33,116 nt of DNA, from the NCBI RefSeq assembly GCF_004010195.1, contig NC_057751.1, positions 14,034,996 to 14,068,111 on the forward strand, given 5' to 3'. The stretch's first letter is position 1. Each line of letters starts with the position of its first letter. Shown one piece after another: positions 32,511-33,116 of the stretch. Both the position numbers and the translations under genes were made by a program. The notes under the pieces are model-generated. The model made no database searches. It worked only from the letters and a program-made list of their open reading frames with translations, and had not been told where the DNA came from. The stretch comes from Chiloscyllium plagiosum (lineage: Eukaryota).

Positions 32511-33116
32511 AAGTGGAGTCGCAGGTAGATAGGATAGTGGAGAAGGCATTTGGTATGCTCTCCTTTATCGGTCAGAGTATTGAGTACAGGAGTTGGGAGG
32601 TCATGTTGCGGCTGTACAAGACATTGGTTAGGCCACTGTTGGAATATTGCATACAATTCTGGTCTCCTTCCTATCGGAAAGATGTTGTGAAACTTGAAAG
32701 GGTTCAGAAAAGATTTACAAGGATGTTGTCAGGATTGGAGGATGTGAGCTACTGGGAGAGGCTGAACAGGCTGGGGCTGTTTTCCCTGGAGCGTCGGAGG
32801 CTGAGGGGGACTTTATAGAGGTTTATAAAATTATGAGGGGCATGGATAGGGTAAATAGTCTAAGTCTTTTCCCTGGGGTGGGGGAGTCCAGAACTAGAGG
32901 GACATAGGTTTAGGGTGAGAGGGGAAAGATATAAAAGAGAACTAAGGGGCAACTTTTTCACGCAGAGGGTGGTACGTGTATGGAATGAGCTGCCAGAGGA
33001 TGTGATGGAGGCTGGTACAATTGCAACATTTAAAAGGCATTTGGATGGGTATATGAATAGGAAGGGTTTGGAGGGATATGGGCCGGGTGCTGGCAGGTGG
33101 GACTAGATTGGGTTGG
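32511..33116 (+). mobile_element. Young HER1/CR1 LINE, RT C-terminal region (5'-truncated, frameshifted, runs off the window)
   Basis: VESQVDRIVEKAFGMLSFIGQSIEYRSWEVMLRLYKTLVRPLLEYCIQFWSPSYRKDVVKLERVQKRFTRML...; frameshift near 32810; ORF2 end GAGRWD* at 33106. Confidence 0.96.

Overview
Eukaryotic, repeat-dense draft genomic DNA with six N-gaps (1549-1663, 6003-6502, 18352-19239, 21100-21115, 24060-24559, 27451-28436). The repeat content points to a cartilaginous fish, probably a shark: HE1 V-SINEs, HER1/CR1 LINE 3' ends, a SacSINE1-like DeuSINE and Penelope-like elements. The window is mostly intronic sequence of a + strand INPP5F/SAC2-like phosphoinositide phosphatase gene. Two exons are well supported (3705-3782, 5320-5456) and one is tentative (21423-21539); the protein looks unusually divergent and may be a paralogue. 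Introns hold seven HE1 SINE copies (one with at least 12 copies of an internal 52-bp unit), young and old CR1 fragments, microsatellites and a ~6-kb 70-bp satellite with signs of higher-order structure. A 5'-truncated Penelope-like element sits inside that satellite and carries a stop-free GIY-YIG endonuclease frame ending in a hammerhead-ribozyme core. Most ORFs in the supplied track are spurious products of repeats or gaps. No CRISPR array or prokaryotic system is present. I see no convincingly new biological system. The best leads are the Penelope hammerhead in the satellite, the SINE-born minisatellite, the divergent SAC2-like gene, a patchwork local duplication and a speculative antisense exon chain. 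Family assignments are from recalled consensus sequences, not from database searches.
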